Positions 52,598 to 61,956 are shown, counted from the stretch's first letter. The stretch: 64,000 nucleotides of DNA from Prochlorococcaceae cyanobacterium (GCA_040399325.1 JBBASJ010000003.1:441-64440), one strand, 5' to 3'. The notes: generated by a model not told the origin, from the sequence alone. Program-made: numbers and translations.

Positions 52598-53602
52598 TCA
52601 GTCGGGCTCCTCGAGATTGAACCGCTTCCAGCCCGCCAGCACGCCGAAGATCGCTTCAGCGCTGATCAGGCCCACGAAGGCACCGAATTCATCGACCACC
52701 ACCCGCAGCGATGACGGGTCACCACGCCTGAAACTGGTGAGCAGGCGGTCGGCCCTGATCACCTCGGGCACGTAATCGGGGGCCTCGGCCAGGGCCGCCA
52801 CGGGCTGGTCGGTGGGGCCGGCCGCCAGGGCGGCAAGGGCCACCTCGCGGCGCAAAACCCCCATGACCTCATCGACCTCCTTGCCCAGCAGCACCCAGGC
52901 CGAGCCCGCCGGGGCTGCCACGATGGCATCGGCGGCCTGAGCCAGGCCCAACTCCACCGGCAGGGTCAGGGTGGCGACCCGCGGCGTCATCAGATCGCGG
53001 GCCGTGAGGTCGTTGAGGGCAAAGACCTTGCCGATCATGGCCGCCTCATCGGCCTCGATCTGGCCCTGCTGGCTGCCGAGGCGTGCCAGCAGGTGAATCT
53101 CGTGCTCATTGGTGGTCAGTTCGGCCGTGGCCGTCAGCGACGGCATCAGACGCTCCAGCAGCACCAGCAGGGGCCGCATCAGCCGCTGCAGCAGCAGCAG
53201 AGGCCGGGCCGCCACCAGGGCGATCGGGATGGCGAAGGAATTGCCGATGGTCTTGGGGAAGATCTCCCCGAACAGAATCACCGCCACGGTGAAGCCACCG
53301 TTGAACAGCAGCAGGGCCAGCTCGCTCTGACCGAGCCGGTCGAAGGCATGACCGGCCTGCACCCCCAGCAGCAGCGAGCCGGAGATGTTGAACAGGTTGT
53401 TGAGCACGACCAGCAGGGCCAGGGAGCGGCCAGGGCTGGTCTTGATGCGTTCCAGGGCGACGGCTCCACCGACCCGCTGCTTGGCCAGGGTGTGCAACTG
53501 GATCGGATTGACCGAGAGCAGTGCCGCCTCTGTGCCCGAGGCCAACGCCGAGCCCAGCAGGATCAGACCGGCCAGCACGGCGAGCACAACAAGCGGATGC
53601 AT
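52598..53602 (-). CDS. CNNM/HlyC-CorC-type (DUF21 + CBS pair) transporter-like protein
   Basis: The start is at MHPLVVLAVL (cat at 53600..53602). It has four TM helices with the EIFPKTIG motif, then a CBS pair (DLMTPRV..). Confidence 0.8.
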   Translation of the reverse strand: MHPLVVLAVLAGLILLGSALASGTEAALLSVNPIQLHTLAKQRVGGAVALERIKTSPGRSLALLVVLNNLFNISGSLLLGVQAGHAFDRLGQSELALLLFNGGFTVAVILFGEIFPKTIGNSFAIPIALVAARPLLLLQRLMRPLLVLLERLMPSLTATAELTTNEHEIHLLARLGSQQGQIEADEAAMIGKVFALNDLTARDLMTPRVATLTLPVELGLAQAADAIVAAPAGSAWVLLGKEVDEVMGVLRREVALAALAAGPTDQPVAALAEAPDYVPEVIRADRLLTSFRRGDPSSLRVVVDEFGAFVGLISAEAIFGVLAGWKRFNLEEPD

Positions 53603-53665
53603 GGCGAAGGCCGAAGCCGGTGTGAGGGTGTCGCCTCTTTTTAACCTGCATCCGGGCTGGCACCC

Positions 53666-55096
53666 ATGGGGCGCTGCAGACTGGGGGCCATGAACAGGAG
53701 CCCCGCAGCCCAGACCTGGAGCCGCCTGCAGCACTGGCGGCACCGGCTCACGGTTCCCCAGTTCACGGCGGTCACGGGTCTGCTGGTGATCGCCGCCGGC
53801 ACGGTGATCCTGGCCTCACCCCTGTGTTCCACCGATGCGGTCGGCCTGTGGGAAGCCCTGTTCACGGTGACCTCCGCGATCACCGTGACCGGGCTGTCGA
53901 TCATTGATGTGAGTAGGGATCTGACGCCGATCGGGCAGGGGGCCCTGGCTGGGCTGATCATGGTGGGGGGCCTGGGCCTGATGGCCATCACCACCTTTCT
54001 GCAGGGATTCGTGCAGGGACGCAGCGGCCTGCGTCAGCGCCTCGACAAAGGCCGTGCCCTCGACGAATTCGGCGTCGGCGGCATCGGCCCCACCTTTCAT
54101 CAGATCCTGATCACCGCCAGCTGCCTGATCGGCCTGGGAACCCTGATTCTCTACAGCTTCGGTTTCACCGACATTGAGAACCGGGGCGCCCGGCTGTGGG
54201 CCGCCCTGTTCCACTGCATCAGCGCCTACAACAACGCCGGCTTCGGCCTCTGGGCCGACAACCTGGTGGGTTACCAGGTCAATGCCGTGGTCTGCGGCGT
54301 GATCGGCTCCCTGATCGTGATGGGCGGCATCGGCTGGCGGGTCACCAACGACCTGTTGAACTTCAAATTTCGATTGCGGCGGTTGCGCCACCTGAGCCTG
54401 CATACCCGCCTGGTGCTGCGCTCCACCGCGCTGCTGATCGCCATCGGCACCCTGGGGCTGCTGTTCACCGAACAGTTCAGCCCCGATGGTGTGGTGCAGA
54501 AACTGGGGCTGCTGCCCCGCCTGCAGGTGACCCTGTTTCAGTCGATCACCACCCGCACCGCGGGCTTCAACACGGTGCCGTTGTCGATCGAGACGATCTC
54601 CGACGCCGGCCTGCTGCTGATGATCCTGTTGATGTTCATCGGCGCCAGTCCGGGGGGCACCGGCGGCGGCATCAAGACCACCACGTTTGCGGTGCTGATC
54701 GGCGCCACCCGCTCGACACTGCAGAACCGTGAAGGGGTGGTGATCCGCAACCGGCTGATCCCGGCGTCGGTGGTGCTCAAGGCGATCGGCACGGCCCTGG
54801 CCTCAGCCATTTTTGTGGTGCTCATGACCCTGCTGCTGGGGATCGGCGAAACGGTCAACGGTCAGGCGGCCGGCGGCACCTTCAGCTTTCTGGAGAACCT
54901 GTTCACCTGCATGTCGGCCTTCGGCACGGTGGGGCTGGATCTGGGCGTGACCGCCAATCTGGGCCGCTGGAGTCAGCTGGTGCTGATGGTCTGCATGTTT
55001 GTGGGGCGGCTGGGAATTCTGCTGATGCTGTCGGCGATCTACGGCAATCGCCCCCCATCGAGGGTCGGCTACCCCCGCGAAGAGGTGTACCTCTGA
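53666..55096 (+). CDS. TrkH/KtrB-family potassium transporter subunit
   Basis: Repeated M1-P-M2 units with pore-loop glycines (SAITVTGLS, SAYNNAGFG, TTRTAGFN, SAFGTVGLD). An alternative ATG lies at 53690. Confidence 0.85.
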   Translation: MGRCRLGAMNRSPAAQTWSRLQHWRHRLTVPQFTAVTGLLVIAAGTVILASPLCSTDAVGLWEALFTVTSAITVTGLSIIDVSRDLTPIGQGALAGLIMVGGLGLMAITTFLQGFVQGRSGLRQRLDKGRALDEFGVGGIGPTFHQILITASCLIGLGTLILYSFGFTDIENRGARLWAALFHCISAYNNAGFGLWADNLVGYQVNAVVCGVIGSLIVMGGIGWRVTNDLLNFKFRLRRLRHLSLHTRLVLRSTALLIAIGTLGLLFTEQFSPDGVVQKLGLLPRLQVTLFQSITTRTAGFNTVPLSIETISDAGLLLMILLMFIGASPGGTGGGIKTTTFAVLIGATRSTLQNREGVVIRNRLIPASVVLKAIGTALASAIFVVLMTLLLGIGETVNGQAAGGTFSFLENLFTCMSAFGTVGLDLGVTANLGRWSQLVLMVCMFVGRLGILLMLSAIYGNRPPSRVGYPREEVYL

Positions 55097-55184
55097 AGGG
55101 CAGACCAGCCCAGGAGCGCAAGAGATGGCGCGAACGGCGAATTAGCACTGTTTCCCGGTCGTCTTTGCGTGTTAAAAAAGACGC

Positions 55185-56987
55185 ATGCTTGACCTCCTTG
55201 CTTCGATCTCGACCGGCGGCTGGATCACCCTGGCGGTGCTGGCCGGATCGGTGGTGCTGTTCATCGGCGGCTGGCTCGCGCCCGAAATCACCGGCCTGCT
55301 GGCAGCCGCGCTGCTGATCGTGACCGGGGTGCTCAAACCCGGCGAGGCGCTCGAAGGGTTCGGCAGCCCGGCCCTGATCACCCTGATGGGTCTGTTTGCC
55401 CTCTCTTCAGGCTTGTTTCGCTCGGGGGCCCTCGACCGGCTGCGCGCCCTGATCGGTTCGGATGCGGTGCGCAGCCCCAAGCGCATGATCGCCCTGATGG
55501 TGGCCGCCGTTGCACCGGTCTCGGCCTTCGTGCCCAACACCCCGATCGTGGCTTCCCTGCTGCCGGTGGTCGAGGGCTGGTGCCAGCGCCGCGGCATCTC
55601 GCCCTCCAAAGTGCTGCTGCCCCTGTCGTTTGCCACGGTGCTGGGGGGCACCATGACCCTGCTGGGCAGTTCGGTGAACCTGCTGGCCAGCGAGGTCAGC
55701 AGCAAGCTGGGCTATGGCGCCTTCGGCCTGTTCGGCTTCAGCGCCATCGGCATCGGGGTGTGGCTCGGGGGCGGGGTGGTGATGGTGCTGCTGGCCGATC
55801 GGTTTCTGCCCGATCGCGGCCGCAACGACGACGATCTGGTCGGCAATCTGGCCAGCAGCGGCTATCTGACCGAGGTCAGGATCCCGGCCGGTTCAGAACT
55901 GATCGGCCAGTCGCTGCATGGCAGCCGTCTGCAACGGCGCTTTGACCTCGACGTGCTGGAGCTGCACCGCGGCAGCGAGCGGTTTCTGCCACCCCTGGCC
56001 GACCGAACCCTGGCGCTCGAAGACCGGCTGCTGCTGCGCTGCAGCCGCGAAGACCTGCTGCGCCTGCAGCAGGACCACACGATCGAGCTGGCCCCCGTGC
56101 CCGACACCCAGCCCAGAACCGACCAGCAGAACAACCAGCGCACGGTCGAGGTGCTGCTGCCGGCAGGATCGACCCTGGCGGGCGACTGCCTGCGGGATCT
56201 GCGCTTCCGGCAGCGCTACAACGTCACGGTGCTGGCCCTGCGGCGTGGCAACGCGGTGATCCGCGAGCGTCTCGGCCGGGCCCAGCTGCGCGAGGGCGAC
56301 GTGCTGCTGCTGCAGGGCCCCAAGGATGCCATCCGCGGCCTTCAGGCCAACAATGATCTGGTGGTGCTGGAACAGCTGGAAAAGGATCTGCCGACCGTGA
56401 GCCGCAAGCGCCTGGCCTTGCTGATCGCGGTTCTGGTGGTTCTGCTGCCGGCCTGCGATCTGATTCCACTGGTGGCCGCGGTGCTGCTGGGCACGGTGGC
56501 CATGGTGGCGACCGGCTGCCTGCGTGCCGGCGAGCTGCAGCGATCGATCCGCCTCGATGTGATCCTGCTGCTGGGCTCGCTCTCCAGCTTCAGTGCCGCC
56601 CTGGAGAAGACCGGTCTGGCCGGTGCCCTGGCCCAGGGGTTGCTGCGGGGACTGCACCGCTGGCCCGTGTATGCCGCCCTGCTGGTGGTGTTCTTGTTCA
56701 CCACCCTGCTCACCGAAGTGATGAGCAACGCTGCCACGGTGGCCATGGTGATTCCGATCGCCGGCCAGTTGGCCGTGGGACTGGAACAGCCTCCGATGGC
56801 CTTCATCTATGCGGTGCTGTTTGGTGCCAGCCAGAGTTTTCTGAGCCCGGTCGGCTATCAGACCAACCTGATGGTGTTTGGCCCTGGCCGCTACCGCTTT
56901 CTGGACATCGCCCGTTACGGAGTCCCCCTCACCGTGACCATGACCCTGCTGGTCCCCTGGCTGATCTGCCGTCAATTCGGCCTGTGA
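55185..56987 (+). CDS. SLC13/DASS-type permease with two central TrkA-C (RCK_C) domains
   Basis: 600 aa with TM bundles at both ends. Two RCK_C-like repeats are present (LTEVRIPAGSELIGQSL..LDVLELHRG and TVEVLLPAGSTLAGDCL..VTVLALRRG). Confidence 0.8.
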   Translation: MLDLLASISTGGWITLAVLAGSVVLFIGGWLAPEITGLLAAALLIVTGVLKPGEALEGFGSPALITLMGLFALSSGLFRSGALDRLRALIGSDAVRSPKRMIALMVAAVAPVSAFVPNTPIVASLLPVVEGWCQRRGISPSKVLLPLSFATVLGGTMTLLGSSVNLLASEVSSKLGYGAFGLFGFSAIGIGVWLGGGVVMVLLADRFLPDRGRNDDDLVGNLASSGYLTEVRIPAGSELIGQSLHGSRLQRRFDLDVLELHRGSERFLPPLADRTLALEDRLLLRCSREDLLRLQQDHTIELAPVPDTQPRTDQQNNQRTVEVLLPAGSTLAGDCLRDLRFRQRYNVTVLALRRGNAVIRERLGRAQLREGDVLLLQGPKDAIRGLQANNDLVVLEQLEKDLPTVSRKRLALLIAVLVVLLPACDLIPLVAAVLLGTVAMVATGCLRAGELQRSIRLDVILLLGSLSSFSAALEKTGLAGALAQGLLRGLHRWPVYAALLVVFLFTTLLTEVMSNAATVAMVIPIAGQLAVGLEQPPMAFIYAVLFGASQSFLSPVGYQTNLMVFGPGRYRFLDIARYGVPLTVTMTLLVPWLICRQFGL

Positions 56988-56996
56988 GGGACGGTG

Positions 56997-58082
56997 TCAG
57001 CCGCCGCGCAGGCGCTGCCGGCGCCAGCTGAGCACCTCGGTGACCAGGAACACCATCACCAATGGAATCACCAGAACCAGCACAGCCACGCGGAACGTGT
57101 TGAGCAGGTCCCCACCGCTGGTCACTTCGATCAGCTGGTCGACCAGATAAAGCACATAAAGCACCACGAGCAGGAAGCCTTCACGGCGACGAATCACCCC
57201 GCCGGTCCAGAAAATGGGCAGGCAGGCCAGGGTGGTGGCGATCATCAGTGGCAGATCGCGATTGATCAGAATCGGCTCGGCCACCAGGCCATCGCCCGAG
57301 AAGGTGGCACACAGACCAAGGATCAGCAGCTGGTTGATGATGTTGCTGCCAACCACGTTGCCGATGGCGATGTCGGCCTTGCCGCGATAGGCCGCCACCA
57401 CCGAGGTCACCAGCTCGGGCATCGAGGTGCCGGCCGCCACGATGGTGATGCCCACCACGGTTTCAGGAATCTGCAGCAGGGCCGCCGCCGCCTCGGCACC
57501 GCGCACCAGGATCTGCGACCCGATCACCAACAACACCAGGCCGATCGCCAGCTTGCCCAGAGCCACCGGCACCGTGCTGGTCTCATCGATGGCAAAGGCA
57601 TCGGCCTCATCGGGGTTGTCGACGGCCGTCTCGGTGGCGGTGCGGCACTCCCAGACGATGTTGATCACCAGGGCCGTGAGCAGGGCCACCCCCGCCTGCC
57701 AGTAGAGCCGCCCGCCGGCAGCCATGCCCCAGACCGCCATCGAAACGGCCAGCAGCAGTGGCACATCGCGGCGCACCAGCCGGCTCTTCACCCGCAACGG
57801 CATCACCAGGGAGCTGAGGCCCAGCACGATCAGCACGTTGAAGATGTTGCTGCCGACGATGTTGGTGATGGCGATTCCGTCGTTGTCCTGAACCGTCGAG
57901 ATCAGGCTCACGAACAGTTCAGGGGCGCTGGTACCCAGCGACACCAGGGTCAGACCGATCACGATCTGGGGAATGCCCAGCATCAGCGAGATCGCGACCG
58001 ACCCGGCCACAAAGAACTCACCGCCGCCGAACAGCAACAGAATGCCGACAACAATCTGAATCACACTGGGCAGATAGGTCAT
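56997..58082 (-). CDS. CaCA-family Ca2+/Na+ (cation) antiporter, YrbG-like
   Basis: Two alpha-repeat signatures, GTSAPELFVS and GTSMPELVTS, in a protein of about 10 TM helices. Confidence 0.85.
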   Translation of the reverse strand: MTYLPSVIQIVVGILLLFGGGEFFVAGSVAISLMLGIPQIVIGLTLVSLGTSAPELFVSLISTVQDNDGIAITNIVGSNIFNVLIVLGLSSLVMPLRVKSRLVRRDVPLLLAVSMAVWGMAAGGRLYWQAGVALLTALVINIVWECRTATETAVDNPDEADAFAIDETSTVPVALGKLAIGLVLLVIGSQILVRGAEAAAALLQIPETVVGITIVAAGTSMPELVTSVVAAYRGKADIAIGNVVGSNIINQLLILGLCATFSGDGLVAEPILINRDLPLMIATTLACLPIFWTGGVIRRREGFLLVVLYVLYLVDQLIEVTSGGDLLNTFRVAVLVLVIPLVMVFLVTEVLSWRRQRLRGG

Positions 58083-58167
58083 CGCACCTCAAACAGGCAG
58101 ATGACAGCAGGCTATCAGCCGCCTTTCCCGCGCCAGAACAGCGCCAGAGCGTCAACGAAGAACCGCG

Positions 58168-58341
58168 TCACGAAGAAGGGTTGGCTTTCTTCGCCACATC
58201 GAGGTCATAGGCATGTTTGTGCTGCAGGTAAAAATCAAGCGCCTCAAGAACAACCGTGCCAAATGACTTAGCCTCAAGGATCGCTAACAGACGCAGCGCA
58301 CGATGCATTTCATCAGCCACTGAAACCGTGATTCTTCGCAT
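58168..58341 (-). CDS. orphan ribbon-helix-helix (CopG/Arc-like) protein
   Basis: MRRITVSVADEMHRALRLLAILEAKSFGTVVLEALDFYL fits a beta-strand/helix/helix layout. It lies in an AT-rich patch of about 300 nt (38-50% G+C in sampled lines). No adjacent toxin ORF is present. Confidence 0.5.
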   Translation of the reverse strand: MRRITVSVADEMHRALRLLAILEAKSFGTVVLEALDFYLQHKHAYDLDVAKKANPSS

Positions 58342-58486
58342 TGACCAGCGTCGATCCGCAACAAAAAAGAGAGCATAAGTCAAAACTATTAGGCATTACT
58401 GTGAAAGCAGAAATGCAGATTTGCAGCACCTCAGCTATAACTGTGAAGTCCCTTGACCGCTTGTGCATCGCTGCCATGCAGCCGGC

Positions 58487-58720
58487 TCAGCAGGTCCCGC
58501 CCGAGCGCGGTGCTGCGCTGGCGTAGCCCGGATCCAGCCAGCATCGCGGCAGAGGCTCGCCCGAAGGAAACCGCAACTCGGCCTTGAGAAACGACTCGGG
58601 ATCCTGCAGTTCTTCGCCCGCGTGGAAGCGGCCTTCCACCCGCAACGCAAACGGATCCATCAGGGGCTTCAGCTGCCCCACCTCAACGAGGCTGCCGTCG
58701 GGGCAATAGGTCAGAAACAT
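58487..58720 (-). CDS. conserved hypothetical small protein
   Basis: MFLTYCPDGSLVEVGQLKPLMDPFALRVEGRFHAGEELQDPESFLKAELRFPSGEPLPRCWLDPGY resembles a widespread small family from memory. Function unknown. Confidence 0.45.
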   Translation of the reverse strand: MFLTYCPDGSLVEVGQLKPLMDPFALRVEGRFHAGEELQDPESFLKAELRFPSGEPLPRCWLDPGYASAAPRSGGTC

Positions 58721-58908
58721 GCGCAGCGCGGGGCAAGGGAACACGGTCCGCCCCAACCTCCCAGCTCCGGCATGCGCGCGGGTCTCGGCTCAGCAACACC
58801 GCTGGCCATGCGCCGCAGTTCTCTTCACCACTGCGGCATCGGGCCGTCAGCCCGGGCTGGCACCGTTACACCCGGCAGGCATTCAGCCGCCAAGGCCTGA
58901 TTTCCACC

Positions 58909-59436
58909 ATGCCCCTGTTCAGCACCCATCGCCCCGCCCGACTCTGGCTTGCGCCACTGCTGCTGGTTCCCGGCCTGATCGGCAATGTCTGCGCCGCGGG
59001 CGCTGCCCAGGTGGGCACCAGCCAGGGGGTGAACTTCGGCCAGGCCGTGATCAACAGCTCGTGCACCGTGACCACCGGCGATGGATCGATCGGCGTACGC
59101 ACCAACCGCAGCCTGATCACCTCCGACAGCGCCGAAACGGGCAATTTCACCGGTACCCGGGCCGCGGCCTCGATCTCGGCCCTGAGCAACCTCACCGACA
59201 GCGCCGTTCTCAAGGTGGAGAACCCCACCCTGGGTGGCGGCACAGCGGCAAGCAGCGCGCAGGTCAAAGTTGGGACCACTGGCGCCACCTGGGGAGCTGC
59301 GGGCGAGGTCAGACTCGGAGCCGACGGCACCCTTGAGAGCACCCCGGTGCATGTGCGCTTCAGCACCACCGACAACAACAGTCGCTTCGCCACCGGCACC
59401 TACACCGCCAGTGCCACGGTGAGCTGCTACGAATGA
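58909..59436 (+). CDS. secreted fimbrial-subunit-like (type 1 / SCPU-like) protein
   Basis: Signal peptide; GVNFGQAVINSSCTVTTGDGS (compare the fimbrial G.V.F.G.V....C.V pattern); Thr/Ser/Gly-rich beta-type composition; C-terminus GTYTASATVSCYE. The stop overlaps the next ATG (ATGA). Confidence 0.5.
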   Translation: MPLFSTHRPARLWLAPLLLVPGLIGNVCAAGAAQVGTSQGVNFGQAVINSSCTVTTGDGSIGVRTNRSLITSDSAETGNFTGTRAAASISALSNLTDSAVLKVENPTLGGGTAASSAQVKVGTTGATWGAAGEVRLGADGTLESTPVHVRFSTTDNNSRFATGTYTASATVSCYE

Positions 59437-59882
59437 CCCTGTTGGCGAGGCCCCTACGGCGGGGTCTGGCGGCTCTGGGGCTGGTGCTGCTCGGCATGCC
59501 GAGCGGGCCGGCCCTGGCCTTCGGCCAGACGCCCCTCAGCCTGAGCGAGCGCAGAGGTGTCGTACAGCTCAATAATCCGGGCCAACGCAGCCTTCGCCTC
59601 CACCTGCAGGTGTTTGCCGCGGTGCCGCAGCAGGGCCGCGCCAGCGCCGCCCTCACCCCCCTGCCGCTCGAGCAGGCCGAGCGACTGATCCGCCTGCGTC
59701 CCAGCCAGTTCCGGCTGGCGCCAGGAGCGAGCCGCACTGTTTCCTACACCGTTCTCGATCCCAGCCAGGACTTCTTCTTATGTGGCGTCTCGCTTCAGGG
59801 ACTGTTCACCGTGCGGGTGTGCTCGCGCTGGCGCTCGGCGGCGGCAGCCTCTGCGGCAGCCTTCCCTGGCAAGGCGCCTTAG
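59433..59882 (+). CDS. single-domain PapD-like periplasmic chaperone candidate
   Basis: Signal peptide ending ALAFG, then RRGVVQLNNPGQRSLRLHLQVF...IRLRPSQFRLAPGASRTVSYTV, resembling the N-terminal Ig-like domain of pilus chaperones. The last 103 nt or so overlap the next ORF. Confidence 0.45.
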   Translation: MTLLARPLRRGLAALGLVLLGMPSGPALAFGQTPLSLSERRGVVQLNNPGQRSLRLHLQVFAAVPQQGRASAALTPLPLEQAERLIRLRPSQFRLAPGASRTVSYTVLDPSQDFFLCGVSLQGLFTVRVCSRWRSAAAASAAAFPGKAP

Positions 59883-60385
59883 CGCAGATCTTTCTGGCTC
59901 CGACCCAGCAGTTTCCCCAGGGCTCACGGGTCTCGATCGACCTGGGGGGCCTGCGCTGCAACGCCGATGGCGGCGCGCTGCCGAGCCTCTCGCTCTCGGC
60001 CGGGGCCTACCCCGACCAGTGGGGCAACAACGTCAACGTTGCCCCCAACGCCAGCAGCAGCATCGGCAACCAGAGCAGCCTGCTGGCCCTGGTGACGCTC
60101 AACATCCCGCTGGCCCGCAGCCGCAGTGAGTTCAGCTGTCAGACCCTGCTCAAGGACGCCCAGATCAAGGCCCGGATCGACAATCTGCGCCTGCTTGTCG
60201 AGGAGAACGTGATCAGCGAAAGCCAGTACCAGAAGGCCCTGCGATCCCTGTTCGGGGCGCAGTTCGTCGAGCTGGGCGCCAACGCCGCCAACCCAGCGGC
60301 CGGTGTGTCGGTGGTGCTGCCCTCAGCGGGCCAGAACGCGGGGGATCTGGGCCAGGCAGGTGGTGGCCGCCCGCGACAGCCGTGA
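59780..60385 (+). CDS. secreted hypothetical protein with C-terminal helical segment
   Basis: Signal peptide (AGVLALALGGGSLCGSLPWQGALAQ), a beta-rich middle, and DAQIKARIDNLRLLVEENVISESQYQKALRSLF. It overlaps the umuC 3' end convergently by 63 nt. Confidence 0.4.
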   Translation: MWRLASGTVHRAGVLALALGGGSLCGSLPWQGALAQIFLAPTQQFPQGSRVSIDLGGLRCNADGGALPSLSLSAGAYPDQWGNNVNVAPNASSSIGNQSSLLALVTLNIPLARSRSEFSCQTLLKDAQIKARIDNLRLLVEENVISESQYQKALRSLFGAQFVELGANAANPAAGVSVVLPSAGQNAGDLGQAGGGRPRQP

Positions 60386-61603
60386 ACGGCGCATGGCCCA
60401 GGCGGGCTGCAGGCCGCAGGCGGCCCACTGCACGGCGCCGCGGCCATAGCGCCGGTTGAGCCCATCGATCACCGCCATCAGCCGCTCACGGCGCTGCTGC
60501 TGCTCGGGGGTGGTGGGCACCAGCAGGTGGTGCTGCAGCAGGTCATCGGGTTGCAGCTGTTGCAGCAGCACACCGGCCTTGACCAGAGCCCTGTGGGGGC
60601 GAAACAGGCGCTCGGCCAGGGGCAGGGCCGCCGCCAGCAGCACGGCCGTGTCGTTGCTGGCCAGGGGCAGGGTCACCGTCGCCGAGGCGCTGTAGAAGCT
60701 GGCGGGTGCAAACGGACTCGTGCGGGCAAACACGGTGATGGCGCCGGCCCGCTGGCGCTGCTGGCGCAGCTTCTCGGCCGCCCGCACCAGGTAGGTGGCG
60801 ATCGCCTCGCGCAGCTGCGCGAGGCTCTGCACCGGCTCGCTGAAACTGCGGCTGACGCAGGTCTCCTGCTTGGCCGGCGCCACGCTGATCAGCGGCAGAC
60901 AGGCGTGACCCTGCAGCTCCTGCTGCAGCCGCAGCCCCACCACACCGCACTGGCGGCGCAGCTCGCCGGCCGGCATGTCGCGCAGGGCGCGGGCATGGGC
61001 CACCCCCCGCAGGCGACACCAACGGGCCAGGCGCCGGCCGATGCCCCAGACCTCTTCAATGGCGATGGTCTCGAGCAGGGCCTCGACATCGGCGACGGCG
61101 GCCAGATCGAGCACGCCACCACGGGCTGGATCGACCTTGGCAGCCCGGTTGGCGATCTTGGCCAGCACCTTGGTGCCGGCGATGCCCACCGCCACCGGCA
61201 GCCCCAGATGGCAGAGCACCTGGCGGCGCAGGGCACGACCCCAGTCGCTCAGATCGCCGCCGGCAGGCCTGTGCAACAGCCCGAAGGCCTCGTCGATCGA
61301 GTAGATCTCGAGGCTCTCGACCCAGCGCTCCAGCGTGCTCATCAGCCGCTGGCTCATGTCGGCGTAGAGGGCGTAGTTGGAACTGCGCACCACGACCCCG
61401 TGGCGCTCGAGCTGGGCGCGCACCTTGAAATAGGGCGTGCCCATGGCGATGCCCAGGGCGCGGGCCTCGGCACTGCGCGAAACGATGCAACCGTCGTTGT
61501 TGGAGAGCACCACCAACGGGCGGCCGATCACGGCCGGATCGACCACCGCCTCGCAGGAGGCATAGAAGTTGTTGCCATCGATGAGCACCGTGGCCAGCGC
61601 CAT
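60323..61603 (-). CDS. umuC: Y-family DNA polymerase V catalytic subunit
   Basis: VLIDGNNFYASCEAV..PLVVLSNNDGCIVSRS..YSIDEAF motifs, and a C-terminus SRAATTCLAQIP (compare SPRYTTRW..L). Confidence 0.9.
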   Translation of the reverse strand: MALATVLIDGNNFYASCEAVVDPAVIGRPLVVLSNNDGCIVSRSAEARALGIAMGTPYFKVRAQLERHGVVVRSSNYALYADMSQRLMSTLERWVESLEIYSIDEAFGLLHRPAGGDLSDWGRALRRQVLCHLGLPVAVGIAGTKVLAKIANRAAKVDPARGGVLDLAAVADVEALLETIAIEEVWGIGRRLARWCRLRGVAHARALRDMPAGELRRQCGVVGLRLQQELQGHACLPLISVAPAKQETCVSRSFSEPVQSLAQLREAIATYLVRAAEKLRQQRQRAGAITVFARTSPFAPASFYSASATVTLPLASNDTAVLLAAALPLAERLFRPHRALVKAGVLLQQLQPDDLLQHHLLVPTTPEQQQRRERLMAVIDGLNRRYGRGAVQWAACGLQPAWAMRRSRLSRAATTCLAQIPRVLAR

Positions 61604-61612
61604 ACCCCCCTC

Positions 61613-61906
61613 TCAACAGCACCGGATCACGCAGCGGGCGACCCCCAGCAGCTGATGGTCGCCATCGGCCGGCAACGGCAGCAGCGGATAGGCCGGATGG
61701 GCCGCTGCCAGGGCCAGGCCACCCCGCCAGCGCACCAGGCGCTTGACGGTGAAGCCGTCGCCGAGCCGCGCCACCACCACCTGACCCGGCCGGGGCTCAA
61801 GACCGCAGTCGACCACCAGCAGGTCGCCATCGCCGATACCAGCCCCCTGCATCGAGACACCCCCAACCCGCAGCAGCACGGTGCAGCCAGGGTCACGCAC
61901 CAGCAA
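61613..61906 (-). CDS. umuD: N-terminally armless UmuD'-like S24 peptidase domain protein
   Basis: LRVGGVSMQGAGIGDGDLLVVD and FTVKRL retain the Ser and Lys of the S24 dyad. The frame is closed upstream by TAG at 61955..61957, there is no ATG or GTG, and TTG 61906 is the first candidate start. It lies 9 nt upstream of umuC. Confidence 0.7.
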   Translation of the reverse strand: MLVRDPGCTVLLRVGGVSMQGAGIGDGDLLVVDCGLEPRPGQVVVARLGDGFTVKRLVRWRGGLALAAAHPAYPLLPLPADGDHQLLGVARCVIRCC

Positions 61907-61956
61907 GGCAGCCAGATCGAGGCCCAGGGCAAGCTCCCCACGACAGACCCCAGACT

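Noticed and set aside
55160-55183. 7-bp hairpin (CGTCTTT..AAAGACG) abutting the SLC13 permease start codon
   Set aside because: The stem is short and AT-rich with alternative pairings, so evidence for a regulatory role is insufficient.
56994-58271. 425-aa plus-strand ORF, extremely His/Gln/Gly-rich
   Set aside because: It is antisense to the CaCA antiporter gene, which has two GTS.PEL alpha-repeats. Its composition is implausible for a real protein.
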